Assembly (NCBI RefSeq): GCF_000181795.1
Contig: NW_003526943.1
Coordinates: forward strand, 2,041,647-2,105,646
Source: Trichinella spiralis
Taxonomy: Eukaryota
Length of the DNA stretch: 64,000 nucleotides
Direction: 5' to 3'
A model generated the notes under the pieces. The model was not told the origin of the DNA. It saw only the letters and a program-made list of their open reading frames with translations, and did not search any database. This document shows, in pieces, positions 50,686 to 64,000 of this stretch (its first letter is position 1; each line of letters opens with the position of its first letter). Position numbers and translations under genes: made by a program.

Positions 50686-51585
50686 TCAAAGTTCAGCAGG
50701 ATCGTGTTTCTGCAATTGTTCTCCATAATCGGTCACTTGACTTCCAACAAACGTTTCATAATGGTAAAGTATCTCTTCGACGGACAGCTTACCGTCGTTG
50801 TCGTCGTCGGCGATGTGAATCAAATGGCGTGATTCAGCTTCGGCGTGGTCAAAATTGGTGGGCATTAGCCATTCCTTCAATTCTTCACGATCCATTTTCC
50901 CATCCTTATCCTTATCACGGTGATCTCTGAACATCTGCCTCTCCGACTTGACCCATTCCGGCTCTTCTTTCTGCTCAGGATAATCTTCAGCTCGATACAT
51001 GTCTGTGATGTATTCATCGAGATCAACAAATCCGTCACCATTTTTGTCAATATCCTTCATCGTCTCCTCGACAATCACATCCGCCATCATTGGACAACTT
51101 TCCGGGTGCAGAAAGCAGCCGTATTCTTCTTTGCTGAGCTTACCGTCTTCGTCTATATCCGCCTTATTCCAACGATGCTTATCCCTTTCCAACAGTTCTT
51201 TGTATTCGTCGCTCAATTCGTCTTGTGAACTCGGCTGACCGTACAAACTTTCCGTATAATCTTTGAAAGAAAGCTTGCCATCGTCAGTCATCGATTTGTC
51301 AAAATTATTCCAGCTGTTGTTAATGTCATTGTCAATGTAACGTTTCTGCATCCTTTTTATGTGGGCTTGCAGTTCAGAAGCGTCCGTAAAGCCGTCTTCG
51401 TTGACGTCAATTACTCTGATCAAAATTGCCAACTTTGCCTTGATCTCTTCCGGCTTCAGAGAACTCAACTCTTCTGCCATCTGTTCGCCGACGAACGGCT
51501 GCTCTTCGTGCTCATGCTTGCCGGCTGTTAAGCTAACCAACATCACCAAGCAAGAAAAAATATTCACTGCCGCGTTCAACTTCAT
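50686..51585 (-). CDS. calu-1: Calumenin/reticulocalbin (CREC family EF-hand ER protein), single coding exon
   Basis: Signal peptide, six EF-hand-like loops (e.g. DVNEDG, DIDEDG, DKNGDG, DKDKDG, DDDNDG), FLHPE, DHAEAESRHL, FVGSQVTDYGE and C-terminal HDPAEL retrieval-like signal. Confidence 0.95.
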   Translation of the reverse strand: MKLNAAVNIFSCLVMLVSLTAGKHEHEEQPFVGEQMAEELSSLKPEEIKAKLAILIRVIDVNEDGFTDASELQAHIKRMQKRYIDNDINNSWNNFDKSMTDDGKLSFKDYTESLYGQPSSQDELSDEYKELLERDKHRWNKADIDEDGKLSKEEYGCFLHPESCPMMADVIVEETMKDIDKNGDGFVDLDEYITDMYRAEDYPEQKEEPEWVKSERQMFRDHRDKDKDGKMDREELKEWLMPTNFDHAEAESRHLIHIADDDNDGKLSVEEILYHYETFVGSQVTDYGEQLQKHDPAEL

Positions 51586-53331
51586 GCTTGATCGTTCGAT
51601 GTCTTAAAAATAATAACTTCTAAAAGTTCACAATATACTTATTCATTCATCATTATATATAAGTATATATATGTTCGTCGAAAACAATTTAAAAAAACAG
51701 CATTTCCATTGTTAACTGAACTATCATATACATTCTTCTTATATTAATATGCAAACTGTGACTAACAATAAATATTAAAAAAAATATTCTGCTATAAAAC
51801 AATTCACAACTTACAAGTTTAAACAATGCTCTTTTAAATAAAAGAACTCGAAAAAATAAGGAAAAATAAGCCTGGCAAAAAAACTACACCAACACTAGAC
51901 TAGTACGAAAAATTTTTTCAGCAACAAAGTTCACTGATAAAAATCTACGCCATCAATATGAATAAACTTTTGCAACATATATAGTATACATTTTTATTCA
52001 ATCAAAAATAAATTATATAACAAATTTTCATTTCTACCAACATATTTTATATTAAACAAAATAAAAAACATCTACTTAACTACAGCATTTGCGATACACG
52101 AATTTAACAACTGGCAATAAATAATGAAACAACGTAAAAGTTTACACAGAATAACTTGAAACAACAAATTACACAATACAAAGTATAAATAAAATCTTTA
52201 TATAGCGTATAGCCAATATTTAGAGTTAAAATACATCAGCAAACATACCAACAACAAAAGAAAACATACCAACTCAGATTGACATAGTATGGCACTGCTT
52301 TTGAACTACAGTAAAAATCACTCAAGTTATTGTTTTATTCACTAATATATGCTGAAAAAAGCAAAAAATTTTTTGCATTAAAAAATCACTAAAAAATGAA
52401 TTCAATTTCTTTTTCTCTTCTTTAATGCATACTTTAATTTTGTTTAGAAAAATCAACATATTTTGACCAATTAAATTAAACACAATGCGAGCTAAAAGCA
52501 ATTCCATAAAGTTAGACAGCTCTCAAAATTCATCAACAAATTACATGCACAGTTATATTTTGACAAGTTTTTTGTTTTAAATAAATTTTTCAATTCAGTG
52601 TCAAAAATTTTATAAAATATTTGTCATTAATTTTATTTCAGTATATAATAAAGTTTTTCTGCTTAAATTTAATATATAAAAAGTGATCTTATAAAAAATT
52701 AGCTATTCTGGATGGCATTCATATAATTACAATTTACAGTAACGTCTCAGTTGTTATTATGTTGCAATATTGTAAAAAATTTCGTTTTCAGTGCAAGCAT
52801 TCAAATTATACATAATGCATTTTGAAAAGTGAATAGAAATGAAAAGCATTATTTGAAGATAATTAAATGTATAGCACTAGTATTTAATAATTGTACTTGA
52901 TAATCAATGTTTCAGTAAGGCGTCCTCATTACTTTATTAATAAATTAATTTCTTCATGAGTTTTAGTTATTTTTAATTGAAACGCTGCTTAATCAAATTT
53001 TCAGAAATGCATGTTGTGTCAGAGATGTACAGTTTAAAATGTTAAGGGCATTTTTGATGCTTTGACTTTAAGATTACTATTTTTAGCATAGATTTTGTTG
53101 CATTTGCTACTGTTGTTTCATATCATGTTAATAGCATTAGCGTCATGTACAAGTATTTATCATTTTTTAGGATTAAAATTTTTTAGTAGAGAAAGCTAAA
53201 TCCATTTGTGTAATACTTCGTCATAATATTTCTTCATCTAAGGGAAGGTGAAAACAGTTAAATAATTGTGATATTTACCATTGCATTGTATAGGATATCA
53301 GCAATTGAAGATGTTTCCGTTTTAGAAAACA

Positions 53332-54313
53332 ATGGACGACGATGTTGTTGTAGATGAAGCTCAGCTTGGTAAACTGGAGTTAAACGATGGCGAATACAGT
53401 GGGGTATCTGATCCGCAGCTAATGTTGGATATTTTGGACGCAAAGCAGAAAGAACCAAGTGCTTTTGTATCTGGTTGGGAAGAGATGGATAATACTGGAA
53501 TTATTCCGGATGAAAATGTCGAAAGTAGTTACAAAAAGATTCTTTTTATTTGTTTTTTGTTGAAATGTGATTTTAGATGATCCGGGTAAGAAATTGCTTG
53601 CAGCTGCTGAAAAGGGTGATGCAGATGAAGTAGTAAATTTATTGAAGTGCGATCGATCTTTGGTTCATGTTCGCGATCGTGATTTTTATACGCCATTGCA
53701 TCGAGCAGCTTACAATAATCACGTTTCGGTCATTAAGGTGAAATTTTATTTTTCCATAATTCCATATTTGTTAATTTTTGAATCAGTGTTATGCATTATG
53801 TTTTGGAAGTACTCTGTTGTTGACAAAGCAGCTATTAGTACGGCAAAATGTACATGGTTTATTTATAATAATTCACTTGAGACTCGTTTGTAAATTTAAT
53901 GGTTTATTTTCAGATAACTAATTGTAAATTATAATTGTAGGTTTTGTTAGCGAATGGAGCAGATATTAGTGCTCAAACAGAAGACGGTTGGCAACCGTTG
54001 CACTGTGCAGCTCGTTGGGGAAATTTGGAATCTGTAAAAATTTTGTTACACATGGGCAAAGCTGACATTAATGCCAGGAGCAACAGTAAAATTTAAAAAA
54101 TGTATAGCTTATAGCATCAGGTGAAAATTTTCAGGTGGATTGACACCACTTCACATTGCAGCATCAGAACAGCCATCTTTATTCACCGCAGAATATCTCC
54201 TCAGTCAGCCAGAAATTGATCCTTCTATTAGATCTAAAACTGGCGAAACTGCTATGGATATTGCGAGAAGAACGTCTGATTTGATGCTTCAGCTTTTTGA
54301 AAATGCAGCATAA
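53332..54313 (+). CDS. ANKRD49: Ankyrin repeat protein, ANKRD49-like, 4 exons
   Basis: AFVSGWE N-terminal motif, LLAAAEKG...DRDFYTPLHRAAYNNH, TEDGWQPLHCAARWGN, GGLTPLHIAA, GETAMDIARR. TAA at 54311-54313. Confidence 0.75.
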
Positions 54314-55177
54314 ACATTTGTGATGAATGTATTGGTTGCTTTTTTCGAACTTGTTTACGTTTATTTATGTTACGTTTGAATTAGTAATTTGTATAACCAG
54401 AATGAATCGCTGAAAGTGAATATAGTCAGTTTTGTTTGTACATTTAGGTGACATGAAAAAGTGCAAAAAGCCTTCTTGTCGTTTTTGGTTTTTTGTCGGT
54501 TTATTTCTCGAAAAACATGGTTTGGGGTATGAAGAAATTTTAATATGACAGACAACAGATGTGAAGTTAAATTTTCATAAAATGTGGTTTTCATGACCAA
54601 TTTTTTACCAGTGAATTGCAGTGCTCTCAGGAAAATAAAAATGTTTGTGCACTTCAAATGTGTACGAAGTTTATTTTAAACTTTCATTCTTATTTTGCTG
54701 CAGTATAAGAAAAAGCACAGTTATTAATATTTACAAGAAAAGTAAAAGAGAATTTTTACTTGTTGAAATTTATGCGTATTGTTCATTTCGACCAGTTTGT
54801 ATTTATTTTTCATCGTTTAGAATTTCCCATACTTCCTTTATTCATTTTAACAAGAAATTATATTTCAAGCATGTTTCACCTTCATGCAAATGATCCGTTA
54901 TTATTTGAGATGCCGCTTTTGTACAGAATGCAATCACTTTTTCTTTTCCTTAATTATCTTTGTTATTGGATTTTTACTGTAGGTTTAAATGGTGTTCTAT
55001 GTTTGATTGGCTGTTTGTTGATGAACAGAAAAACGCAACATATTTATATAATGCTTCAGCTTATTTTGGACACTTCGGTGCTCATCAGCTTTGCTTCATG
55101 TTGTTGATTTGAAAAAATTTCAATTTATTCAAATTTTCTGTCAGCTGTAGAAGCGGTTTCATTGGTTACGGTTGAAC

Positions 55178-57042
55178 ATGGTCATTTCTATACTACGTAC
55201 TGCTTTTACAGAAGTCAAATTGCAGCGTCAGCTGATTTTTGGTGGTTGTTTGTTTACCAGAAAGCAGTTTTGTGACGTTTCAAGAAAAACAGATGAAATA
55301 TTGATTAATCAGTTTAAGGAAAAGTTTTTTTCCAATCGTATGATTAAATTTACCGATCAGTTGCATTTCGTGAATGATAAGGGTGAAAACGCGTTGCCAG
55401 TTTTTCGTATCATTGACAATCTTGGCAATGTAGTCAATGCTGAAATGATCAAAGCGTTCAGTGCTGATCTTTGCATGCGCATGTACAAAAAGGTATGCTA
55501 TTTGTGCAGCTTATACAATAAGGATATGTTTGTTTCAATTTGAGTATACAAATTGCAAATTTATTTGCTGTTGTTGTTGCTAAGCAGTAATGAAAAATTC
55601 TGACTTTTATACGCAGATTTATTTACTGAGGTTAGACTGTGACTTCTGAATAAGAGGTTTCTTTTTTGCTTTTCTTTGTTTAATAATGATAAACTGAACT
55701 GATATGTGTTCGGTAATGATTAGGATAATTTGGTTTGGAGAAACTGAATTAAATTAGACGGAAAGACTAGCAAGTAATTGGATATGTTTTAATCAATCAG
55801 AAGTTAATGAAGTCTCGATGGCATTCTTTACTGATTTTAATGAGTGGCAATCAAACACTAGTTAGGAGGGAAGAGATTGAACATTTTTTCAGTATATAAT
55901 GAGAATATTGTTAATAATAAATTTGGTTTCAGATGTTACTTGTCCATGTAGTGGATGAAATTTTGTACAATGCGCAGCGACAAGGTCGTATAAGTTTCTA
56001 TTTGACAAATGATGGTGAAGAAGCAACGCAAATTGGTTCTGCTTCAGCTTTACAAGCGGATGATCTCATTTATGCCCAATACAGAGAATTGGGCACATTG
56101 TTGTGGCGTGACTTTCCTCTACAATCGTTGATGGATCAATGCGTAGGCAACGCTGATGATCTGAACAAAGGACGGCAAATGCCGGTGCATTATGGTTCCA
56201 AGGAGTTGAACGTTGTCACCATTTCGTCAACACTCGCTACACAAATGCCCCAAGCGGTAAGATAATTGAGTTTCTGTGTGTATGTGTGTGCTTGATCTTA
56301 TTTTTGTGATGGTTCCATTTTCAGGTTGGTTCCGCTTATGCGATGAAGTTGCGTAAAAAGCAGAACCTGGTGATTTGCTATTTTGGCGATGGTGCCGCAA
56401 GTGAAGGAGACTGTCATGCGGCTTTCAATTTTGCCGGTACTTTGCGATGTCCAGTTGTATTTTTCTGCCGCAACAACGGCTACGCTATATCAACCTGTTC
56501 AAGTGAACAATATGCCGGCGATGGTATCGGCTCCAGAGGCCCTGCCTATGGTTTGAATACGGTGCGCGTGGACGGTAACGATGTATTTGCTGTTCACATG
56601 GCCACGTTGCACGCTAGGCAAATGGCACTCCATTGCGAACCTTGCTTGATCGAGGCAATCACATACCGACTTGGGCATCACTCGACCTCTGACGACAGCA
56701 CCGCTTACAGGTAGATTTTATATTACTCATGTATATGTTTATTTTATTGTTTTTCCTTATAGATCTGCTGCTGAAATTCAACTTTGGCAAAAATCAAATT
56801 CACCGTTGGCTCGTCTGCGTGCATATCTGTTCAACAGTGGCCTGCTTGATGAAAAACAAGAGCAGAGCTTGCAAAAAACTTATCGGCAAGAGGTTTTGAA
56901 TTCATTAATTTTATCCGAGAAAAAGCCAAAACCAGAAATCGAGACCCTTTTCACTGATGTATATGATCAGATGACTCCTAGAATTCAAAAGCAGTACAAC
57001 GAATTGAAAACTGCACTTGCTGCACGTGAAAATCTTGAATAA
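55178..57042 (+). CDS. BCKDHA: Branched-chain alpha-keto acid dehydrogenase E1 alpha subunit, 4 exons
   Basis: Mitochondrial-type leader, [50 protein letters not shown]-binding GDGAASEGD...RNNGYAIST, phospho-loop [22 protein letters not shown]. Confidence 0.96.
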
Positions 57043-57382
57043 TGATTATGTACATTTTTTGTGCTTATATCTTATTTAATTTTTTGTCTGCTTGCAGTTT
57101 GTAGAAAATTAGTCACGAAGAATTGATATTCATAATATTAATAAAGTTTTTTTCTTTTATTTGCTTACATTACATATATATATATCATAAATAATATAAT
57201 AATGTAAAGCACGTTATTCTTCATTATCTGTTAATATTTAATTAACGCAAATACAATTGGATGCTCTATTTTATGAATGATGAAAAAAATACATTTTTGT
57301 AATAAAAACTTTTATTGAATAAAAAAAAGAAATATTTGTAAATTTTATAATTTTTAACGTAAATTTTTTCTTCCTAATCAAA

Positions 57383-60300
57383 TCAAGCTGCATTGCTTCT
57401 CTGATCAGTGTCGTTTGTATAGGATGAATCAATAAAAGCACTTCCATTTGGTAGAATCTGTATAGAATCAACGCTGGCCGTCGTTCCGCACATTGGGCAA
57501 CACTTTTCCGCTGCAATCCATCTGAAATGTGAATCATATTGATCAGCTGATATTTTAATTGATCATATTTTGAAACTTCAACTAATCCTACTTTTTGTAC
57601 TCTACACTGATTGCCGGAAAGCCACAGTGTATACAGACAGTTATCTCAGAATCTGAAATGTGCTTACCCTAAACAAACAAATAAATAAATAAATAAATAA
57701 GAAAATATATTATTTCTTTTTCTCATTTACAGAAGCAATACAAAATGGAATAGTGTTTTTGCAACAAGTACACTTCAATTCCGATTCAGCCAACTGGGCT
57801 TTGCAATATGGACAGGGAGTTTTCATTTCTGAATCGTCCGTATCTTCTTTTTTCCTGATAATTAAATTTAATATTTTCATAAGAACAACAAAAATGAAAT
57901 CCTTCACTTGCCTTATTATTGTTTCTATTGTTTTCTTGTATCGACTGTCAATTGATTCTTTGTAGTTCGGTCGCATCAGCACGGCCGCCCATTTATAAGC
58001 TGTGCTTTTCATACCACTGTACCAACATTCAATAGCGGTCAGTGTATAAATTTGCACGGCATCTTGAAAATTAAATTTTCAAAATTTGAACAAAATTATT
58101 GTTCAGAGCATACGCATAGCAAAGTCGTTTATATTTTCCGCAATTCGGATCAGCAGTCTAGCCGCTAAAGGGTGAAGTTTTCTTCTCACAGCACTCTAAA
58201 CAAATTTAAAATCGTCAAACATTAATTAATCATTACATAAATACAATCAATAATCTATTACTTTCACTAACAAATAGCTGTGCAAAAGCATGAGCGTAGT
58301 TTTCATTTCCAATGAAATTGGAAGATGCTTTTGAATCAAACTTTGATGCAGTTTGAACAAAACGTCTCGAGCAAGTCGATATTGTCCTAAACTTCCAACA
58401 TGTAAAGTATTCAAAGAGATACCGATAATAATCTATCAATTTACATAATTCAAATAGATTTATTTACTAGATTTTATTATATCATTTCACACAAACAAAA
58501 CAGAGATCGTATTCGCCTTCACTGTATCAAAACATGTTAAATACGTCATGTTATATTTATGTGTTTAAAATTATATAACAAAAAACGATAATACAAATTT
58601 CAACAATACCATCTGCTTACCTCTGGATTGTTTATCTTTGACAATAATTATAGCAATTTTTGCAGCTTCCTGATGCCTTTCCAAAATTGTATACAGTTGG
58701 AAAAGATATGTCGGATCCTAAAAATTCAACATGGACTTAAAATGAATTTGTAAAAAAAAATATTCATTAAAAACTAACTTTTGGTATTCCATCTTTTTCA
58801 CCCGTCAAAAATTGTAACAATTCGTCAATTATTGTTCTATCTCGCGTTAAAGCAGCACATTCAACAGCCAATTTGATGGATGCTTTGTCACATTGATTAT
58901 TAATAAATATATCAAATGCCTAGAATTGAAAAATTATTTTCATTTTATTTTATTCTATTCTTCTTTTTTAATTGACAAGTAGTAGTAGTAGTACTTTGTG
59001 ATATTTTTCTGCTTTCATGTAAAATTTTCCGGCTAATAATTTCTTGCCTTGATGATCAAAATAACTTGCTATTGTATTATAAATTTCTTCATCACCGTCG
59101 TCACCTAATTTTTTGGAAATTTGAAAAGTTTCTTTAATATGTATGTTTCAAAGTGAAAATTATTGCCAATAACCAATTATTTTTTACCAATTGTATCTGC
59201 AAAAACTTCCATCTTATCTTTCTTCTTGGCTAACTGTAAAGCTTCTGAAAAGCAATTTGCCAACACTAGAAGACGCACGGCGGATGAATAATCGTTTCGA
59301 CCAATAAAACAGCTGAATTTATTACTTTTTAAATTACGTAAAAATTAGCAAATAAACAACAGACTTGGACAAAAACTTTGCCGCCTCTATGCATTTACTT
59401 TCTTGAACAACACGAACAGCCTCTTCAAGACCATTCAAATGTTCCATTGAAATTCTGAAACTGGGCAATTTAAAAATGATCTACTATAACTATAACATCT
59501 ATATTAAAAAATATCTTGAATTTCTTCAATAACCTCACAAAATTAAAATAATCATCTCCTTTTTTATATGATTCAGCAGCTGTTGAATAATCTTTCATCG
59601 TTTCCATTGCTTTTGCATATTGGACGTAAAATTGCTTTGCCGTCACTTGATGTAAAATATTCTTCAATTTTGACCTAGAAATTACAACGAAAAACATTCG
59701 CACATTGCTGCACAATTTGAACCCCAACTGAGTTAAATTAAATACCAATTTTTCGATTTTAGCCATAAATAAGCCGATTTGTTGTATTCTTCACATCTTG
59801 CATACATATCAGCTGCTTCGTTGAATAACTAAACAAATACGTAATAAAATAATTATGATAAATTTTCTACATAAACAACATCACCATTTTTTGTTCTAAA
59901 ATGCTTGCACATTCTTTCAACAACGAATCGTCCGATGATTGTAAAGCTAATTTTATTCCTCTAAATTAAATATGCATTGTTAACTTTTCAATTTGTACAA
60001 TTTGAAAATGTGCATGCATCATCGTCCGTACTCTTTCACCTCACCGCACCACAGTGAAGTTCTCGCAATGCCATTTTTACATGATATTATAATTTGTTCC
60101 TTCTCTAACAGTGAATCATTATTTTTCTGCAAAAATCAGTTGTACTATTAACGACAAGTATTTCATCTTCTGTCAAAAATTCCTTGCGTATATTTTAGCA
60201 TTTTTATTACTATAAGTAAAATATCACACTTTACCTGCGCTTCAGCTAAACCGCTCTGATAATACTGCAACGCTTTTTCATACTGGCCACTGTAAGTTTT

Positions 60301-63300
60301 TTAGGAAATTTAATTATTATTAATTTCAAGCTATATTTTCTTCATACATTTGTTCCAATTCTTGGGCAAACTCTTTGGAAATATTCGCAATTTGTTCAGG
60401 AAAAAACTGATTTGCCAACCTGAGCGCATTTTCCCAATCCATTATGTCACAGTACATCTTTAAAATAGTTCTTCAGTGTATGATTTGTTTTTCAATAATT
60501 TACAAACTATTTTATGCAAAATATAACAAATCTATTTCTTCTGTTATTAGAATTTCAAACATACTATCGTACGTTAAATGCATAGCTATAAAATAATTAC
60601 AAAAACTGAGATAAAAAGAGAGAAAAATTTTTACCTGAAGAGCATCTTTAGAATTAAACGAATCTATGTACAACTTTTCAGCTAATGCATAATTTTGCAT
60701 TATCATCGCTACGTGTGCACGAAGTTGGTCCCTGTTTTCACAACAACTAATATCTTTCAAACACCACACCATACTGATATCTCCAATGTGTTGGTAGCAT
60801 CTGATGGCTAAATTGAAAATTATCTTTCATATTTAAAACCAGATGGAATTTGATCGAATAATAATTTAATATATTGCCTAATTCAATGTGAAGCTCTTCC
60901 AATGCAGCCTTGGCAACAATTTCCCATAGTTCAGCTTCTGTTTTCTTTTCGCCATTTTTCAAAACAGACCGAACACTGAAATTATCATATTTGCAAAACT
61001 TCACAAAAAATATCGCTTAACTTGACTGCCAATTATTCGATTATTGTAAAATTCTGCATTTTAATGAAACTTACTTTTTGTTCGCATGCAATATTTGGCA
61101 AGCATTTTTCAACTAAATGAACAACAGCATAACATTTTAAAAAATCAAACAAATTAAGCTTCATTTTTAATTTACTTCGATGGGCAAATTTTCTAATTGC
61201 CTTTCGAATTTGTAGTTTGCGGTGATCACCCTATCCTGAAGATCACTTCCTGATAAAATCACCACTGAACCTTGGCTGCACAAAACTGGAACTGATTCTT
61301 GCGCATCCAATGCAATGCAATGCAGTAATTCTACCCTTGTTTCTGAAAAATACAAACAAACATATATTTGAAAACGAGCAAGAAAATCACAAAATAAAGC
61401 TCACCATTTATAGCACTTTTCATGTATTTGAAAATTTTCATTTGTAAATGATCAGCCACAATAAAAACATCCTGTTAAAATAAGTATATTTTTAAAAAAA
61501 TAGAATTAATTCCCCGTCTTTACTTTTTCCATTGAACACTGTTCCCAGCAAAGTGATTTACATTCTTCTAATTTTGCATTCACTTCTAAAATTTCACAAG
61601 TAATCTAAACAAAAATTCATTTTGTAAAATTATGTCTCATTCAAAATTCTGTAAAACAAACAACATACAGGATCAAATGCAAATATATTTATCTTCTCTG
61701 TGACAAATAATGCTTTAACTCCTTTTGGTTGCGTGGCAATCGACTCTATGCCGATGGAATGCTTCAAAACGGTCAGTGGCTCGAATGAATCGAAAAAAAG
61801 GAAAACTATCAAGCCTGTCTGTAAAAGATATCATTAAATTTTCTAAATAAGACACATGGAAAACATTTTTTTAAATATAATCACATCTGTAACGTATGCT
61901 ACGTAATCTGCACTCAAAGAAATACAGTTGATCCGTTCCTTGTTTGCAAACTTTGGAAAAATCAGACAATTCTGCTCTGTCACCATGCTGTGGCCAACCT
62001 CAATATGCAAACTTTAATTTATAAAAAATTTACATTTGCCGCTTTTCTACTGGATGAATGACCAATTTTCCATCGCAAAGAACAAACGCCTTTTCATTAT
62101 TAAGCAAAATCATCTTCACCGTTCCAAGATAATCAGTTTCAGCAAGTAGTTCGCAAGCTAAAAATTCACATTATTATAATAAAATACATTTACATAAAAA
62201 TATCCAACTAAACCTTTCTGACACATTTTGTAATAAAGCACTTTGTTGTTTATTCCAACAGCAAAATATTCAAAGCCGACGGCAATAATACTGGGTTCAA
62301 TTTTTACCTCATACGTCATAATGTTTTCCTAGAATCATTCATTTCTTTCATTGAAACAACAAATAAGCAAAGCTAATAAAAATTTTCTTATCTCATATCC
62401 ATCTTAAAATTATATTACTTAAAAAAAAGATACAGATTCTCAACAAACAGAAATTGCATTTAAATTCTCCTTGACAAGATTCTTTTGCTGCTTAGCATGC
62501 ATTGATGAAATTTGATTATTGAAATAATTTTTAACATTTTGAAATAAAAATCAAACCCACTTTGGGAAATTGTGTTCTGACTGTAATTTCAGATAGAGAG
62601 GACAAATAAGCCAGTGTATTGCCACTGCTCGCCCAAAGTGAAACCAGATGAATCAAATATACATGAACGCAAGCCGCATCTGTACTGAATACAAGAATTT
62701 GACCGTCATCGGAACAGGAAAGTTTTTGCAAACGTTTTTCATTCGATTCAAGATTCAGAACCGCTTTAATATCTGCTAGACGACTCATTTCTCTAAGCTT
62801 TATGCTAAATTGAACTTTTATGATGAGATTTATGCTGAAAATCAATTGACTACCTGAAATCTCCTGCCACAATCACTTTATTCGAAATTGAATTAACAAA
62901 CAAACCACAAAAATAATTTTGAAAATCTTGTATGGAAAAAAGTTCCTAAAAAACCAACAAATAAAATTTTCAGAATCATTTTTAATTGAAATAAAAAGAT
63001 GAAAAATAATGACTGTTTTAAAGTGATTTTAGAGTGAACTTCAAAAAAAAGCAATAATAAAATCATACTTGTCCCATGGTACTCTGCCGGACAGACATTA
63101 AAACAGTTTGCCCTTTTTGAAAACCGAAAATGATCGATTTATCATCAAACCTGAAATCATTAAAAATTTTGAACTAACTCACTTTGATTGAATAATTACT
63201 TTTACCATGTACAATGTAAAATTTCACCGTATGCTTCATTGAAAGTGATTTTGTGCGTTGTTTTGAAACTTGGAAAGTCGAGCAGGAGAAGTATGCTTTT

Positions 63301-63770
63301 TGAAATAACCACACTAACCTGCATTTTTTTAAAAAAAGTATTTTTAAGAACAACAAAAAAATAATTACAAATTTTATACCGTCCCATTTCCAATTTCTTT
63401 ACTTTCCAAAACTCTTCTTTCTGTAAAATTCAAAAGTGATGGTACACCAGAGCATACATATGAATACAGAAGATCGCCTTCAGAATTTAGAACCGTTATA
63501 CTACAATCATCACTGCAAAGAATCAGTTGATCGTCGTCGGTGAATAATGCTTCTGTAATTTTTTTCGAATGAACTCCAATAACTGGCACAAGTCTAAAGA
63601 TTACCGACAATTAATTAACATCGGCTCTCTTGGTAAAACAGAAATAACGTCACTTTGAAAATTGCTGATAGTAGAAAAGAACGTTCCCTTTTTGAGTTCC
63701 CAGTGCAAGTATACGACTTCTGGTTGACCAAGCAACTGCAGTGAAGACATCCCTGAAAAATGACAACCAA
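57383..63770 (-). CDS. dyf-2: WD repeat protein 19 / IFT144 (IFT-A), many short exons; the 5' end probably continues beyond the window
   Basis: PVIGVHSKKIT...LILCSDDCSIT, SCSDDGQILVFST, SLSEITV, CCENRDQLRAHVAM, AIECWYSGMKSTAYKWAAVLMRPNYKESIDSRYKKTIETIIR, C-terminal Zn fingers CPYC...CTCC...IPFCIASGKH...CIHCGFP...CPMC. Stop at 57383. Confidence 0.88.
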
Positions 63771-64000
63771 TGTAGAATGAAAAATAAACTGTCATTCAGA
63801 AAGGTAAAATTTTGACCACAAAATGCTAATAATATTGAATAAACAAATATACAGAAATTGTGAAATTAATCATCATTAATAATCAATGATAATTTTCATA
63901 AATTTCTGAAGGTTAAAGACTGAGTAGTAGTGAAAAAAATTATCAAGTATCATCGTTCGTATTTCATGTTAATCAGTAAGACAAATTATGAGTCATTTAT

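Noticed and set aside
55680..55840. C/D box snoRNA in BCKDHA intron 1 (ATGATA/ATGAAG...CTGA)
   Set aside because: The boxes are imperfect, I recognise no rRNA-complementary guide, and such motifs are frequent in AT-rich DNA. It would need snoscan or Infernal.
1..64000. Functional membrane-trafficking gene cluster (Lgl, epsinR, syndapin, IFT144), or CRISPR/prokaryotic systems
   Set aside because: The genes are interspersed with unrelated housekeeping genes on both strands. No repeat-spacer arrays or bacterial-like sequence were seen.

Overview
AT-rich, intron-rich eukaryotic genomic DNA from a nematode. The UNC-7-type innexin, HDPAEL-ended calumenin, short introns and a Ty1/copia element point to a clade I species such as Trichinella; this is inferred, not confirmed. 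In order, the window holds: a degenerate pogo/Tigger-like DNA transposon relic (~1.1-1.8 kb); lethal giant larvae (Lgl, +); epsin-related CLINT1 (-); a divergent casein-kinase-1-like gene with EFG in place of DFG (-); a full-length but inactivated Ty1/copia LTR retrotransposon (15021-19524, GACTA target-site duplication, half-tRNA primer site); innexin unc-7 (-); PACSIN/syndapin (-); RPS3 (+); PGAM5 (+); FIP1L1 (-); an intron-containing tRNA-Tyr (+); calumenin with an intronless CDS (-); ANKRD49 (+); BCKDHA (+); and the 3' part of WDR19/IFT144 (-). The ~13 kb apparent gene desert at 25-38 kb is probably the 5' regulatory and intron region of unc-7, with alternative first exons and a strong CTCF-like motif. 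I found no convincing wholly new multi-gene system. The best leads are the unc-7 5' architecture with its CTCF site, the probable CK1 pseudokinase, and the copia element. Exon boundaries were read by eye.
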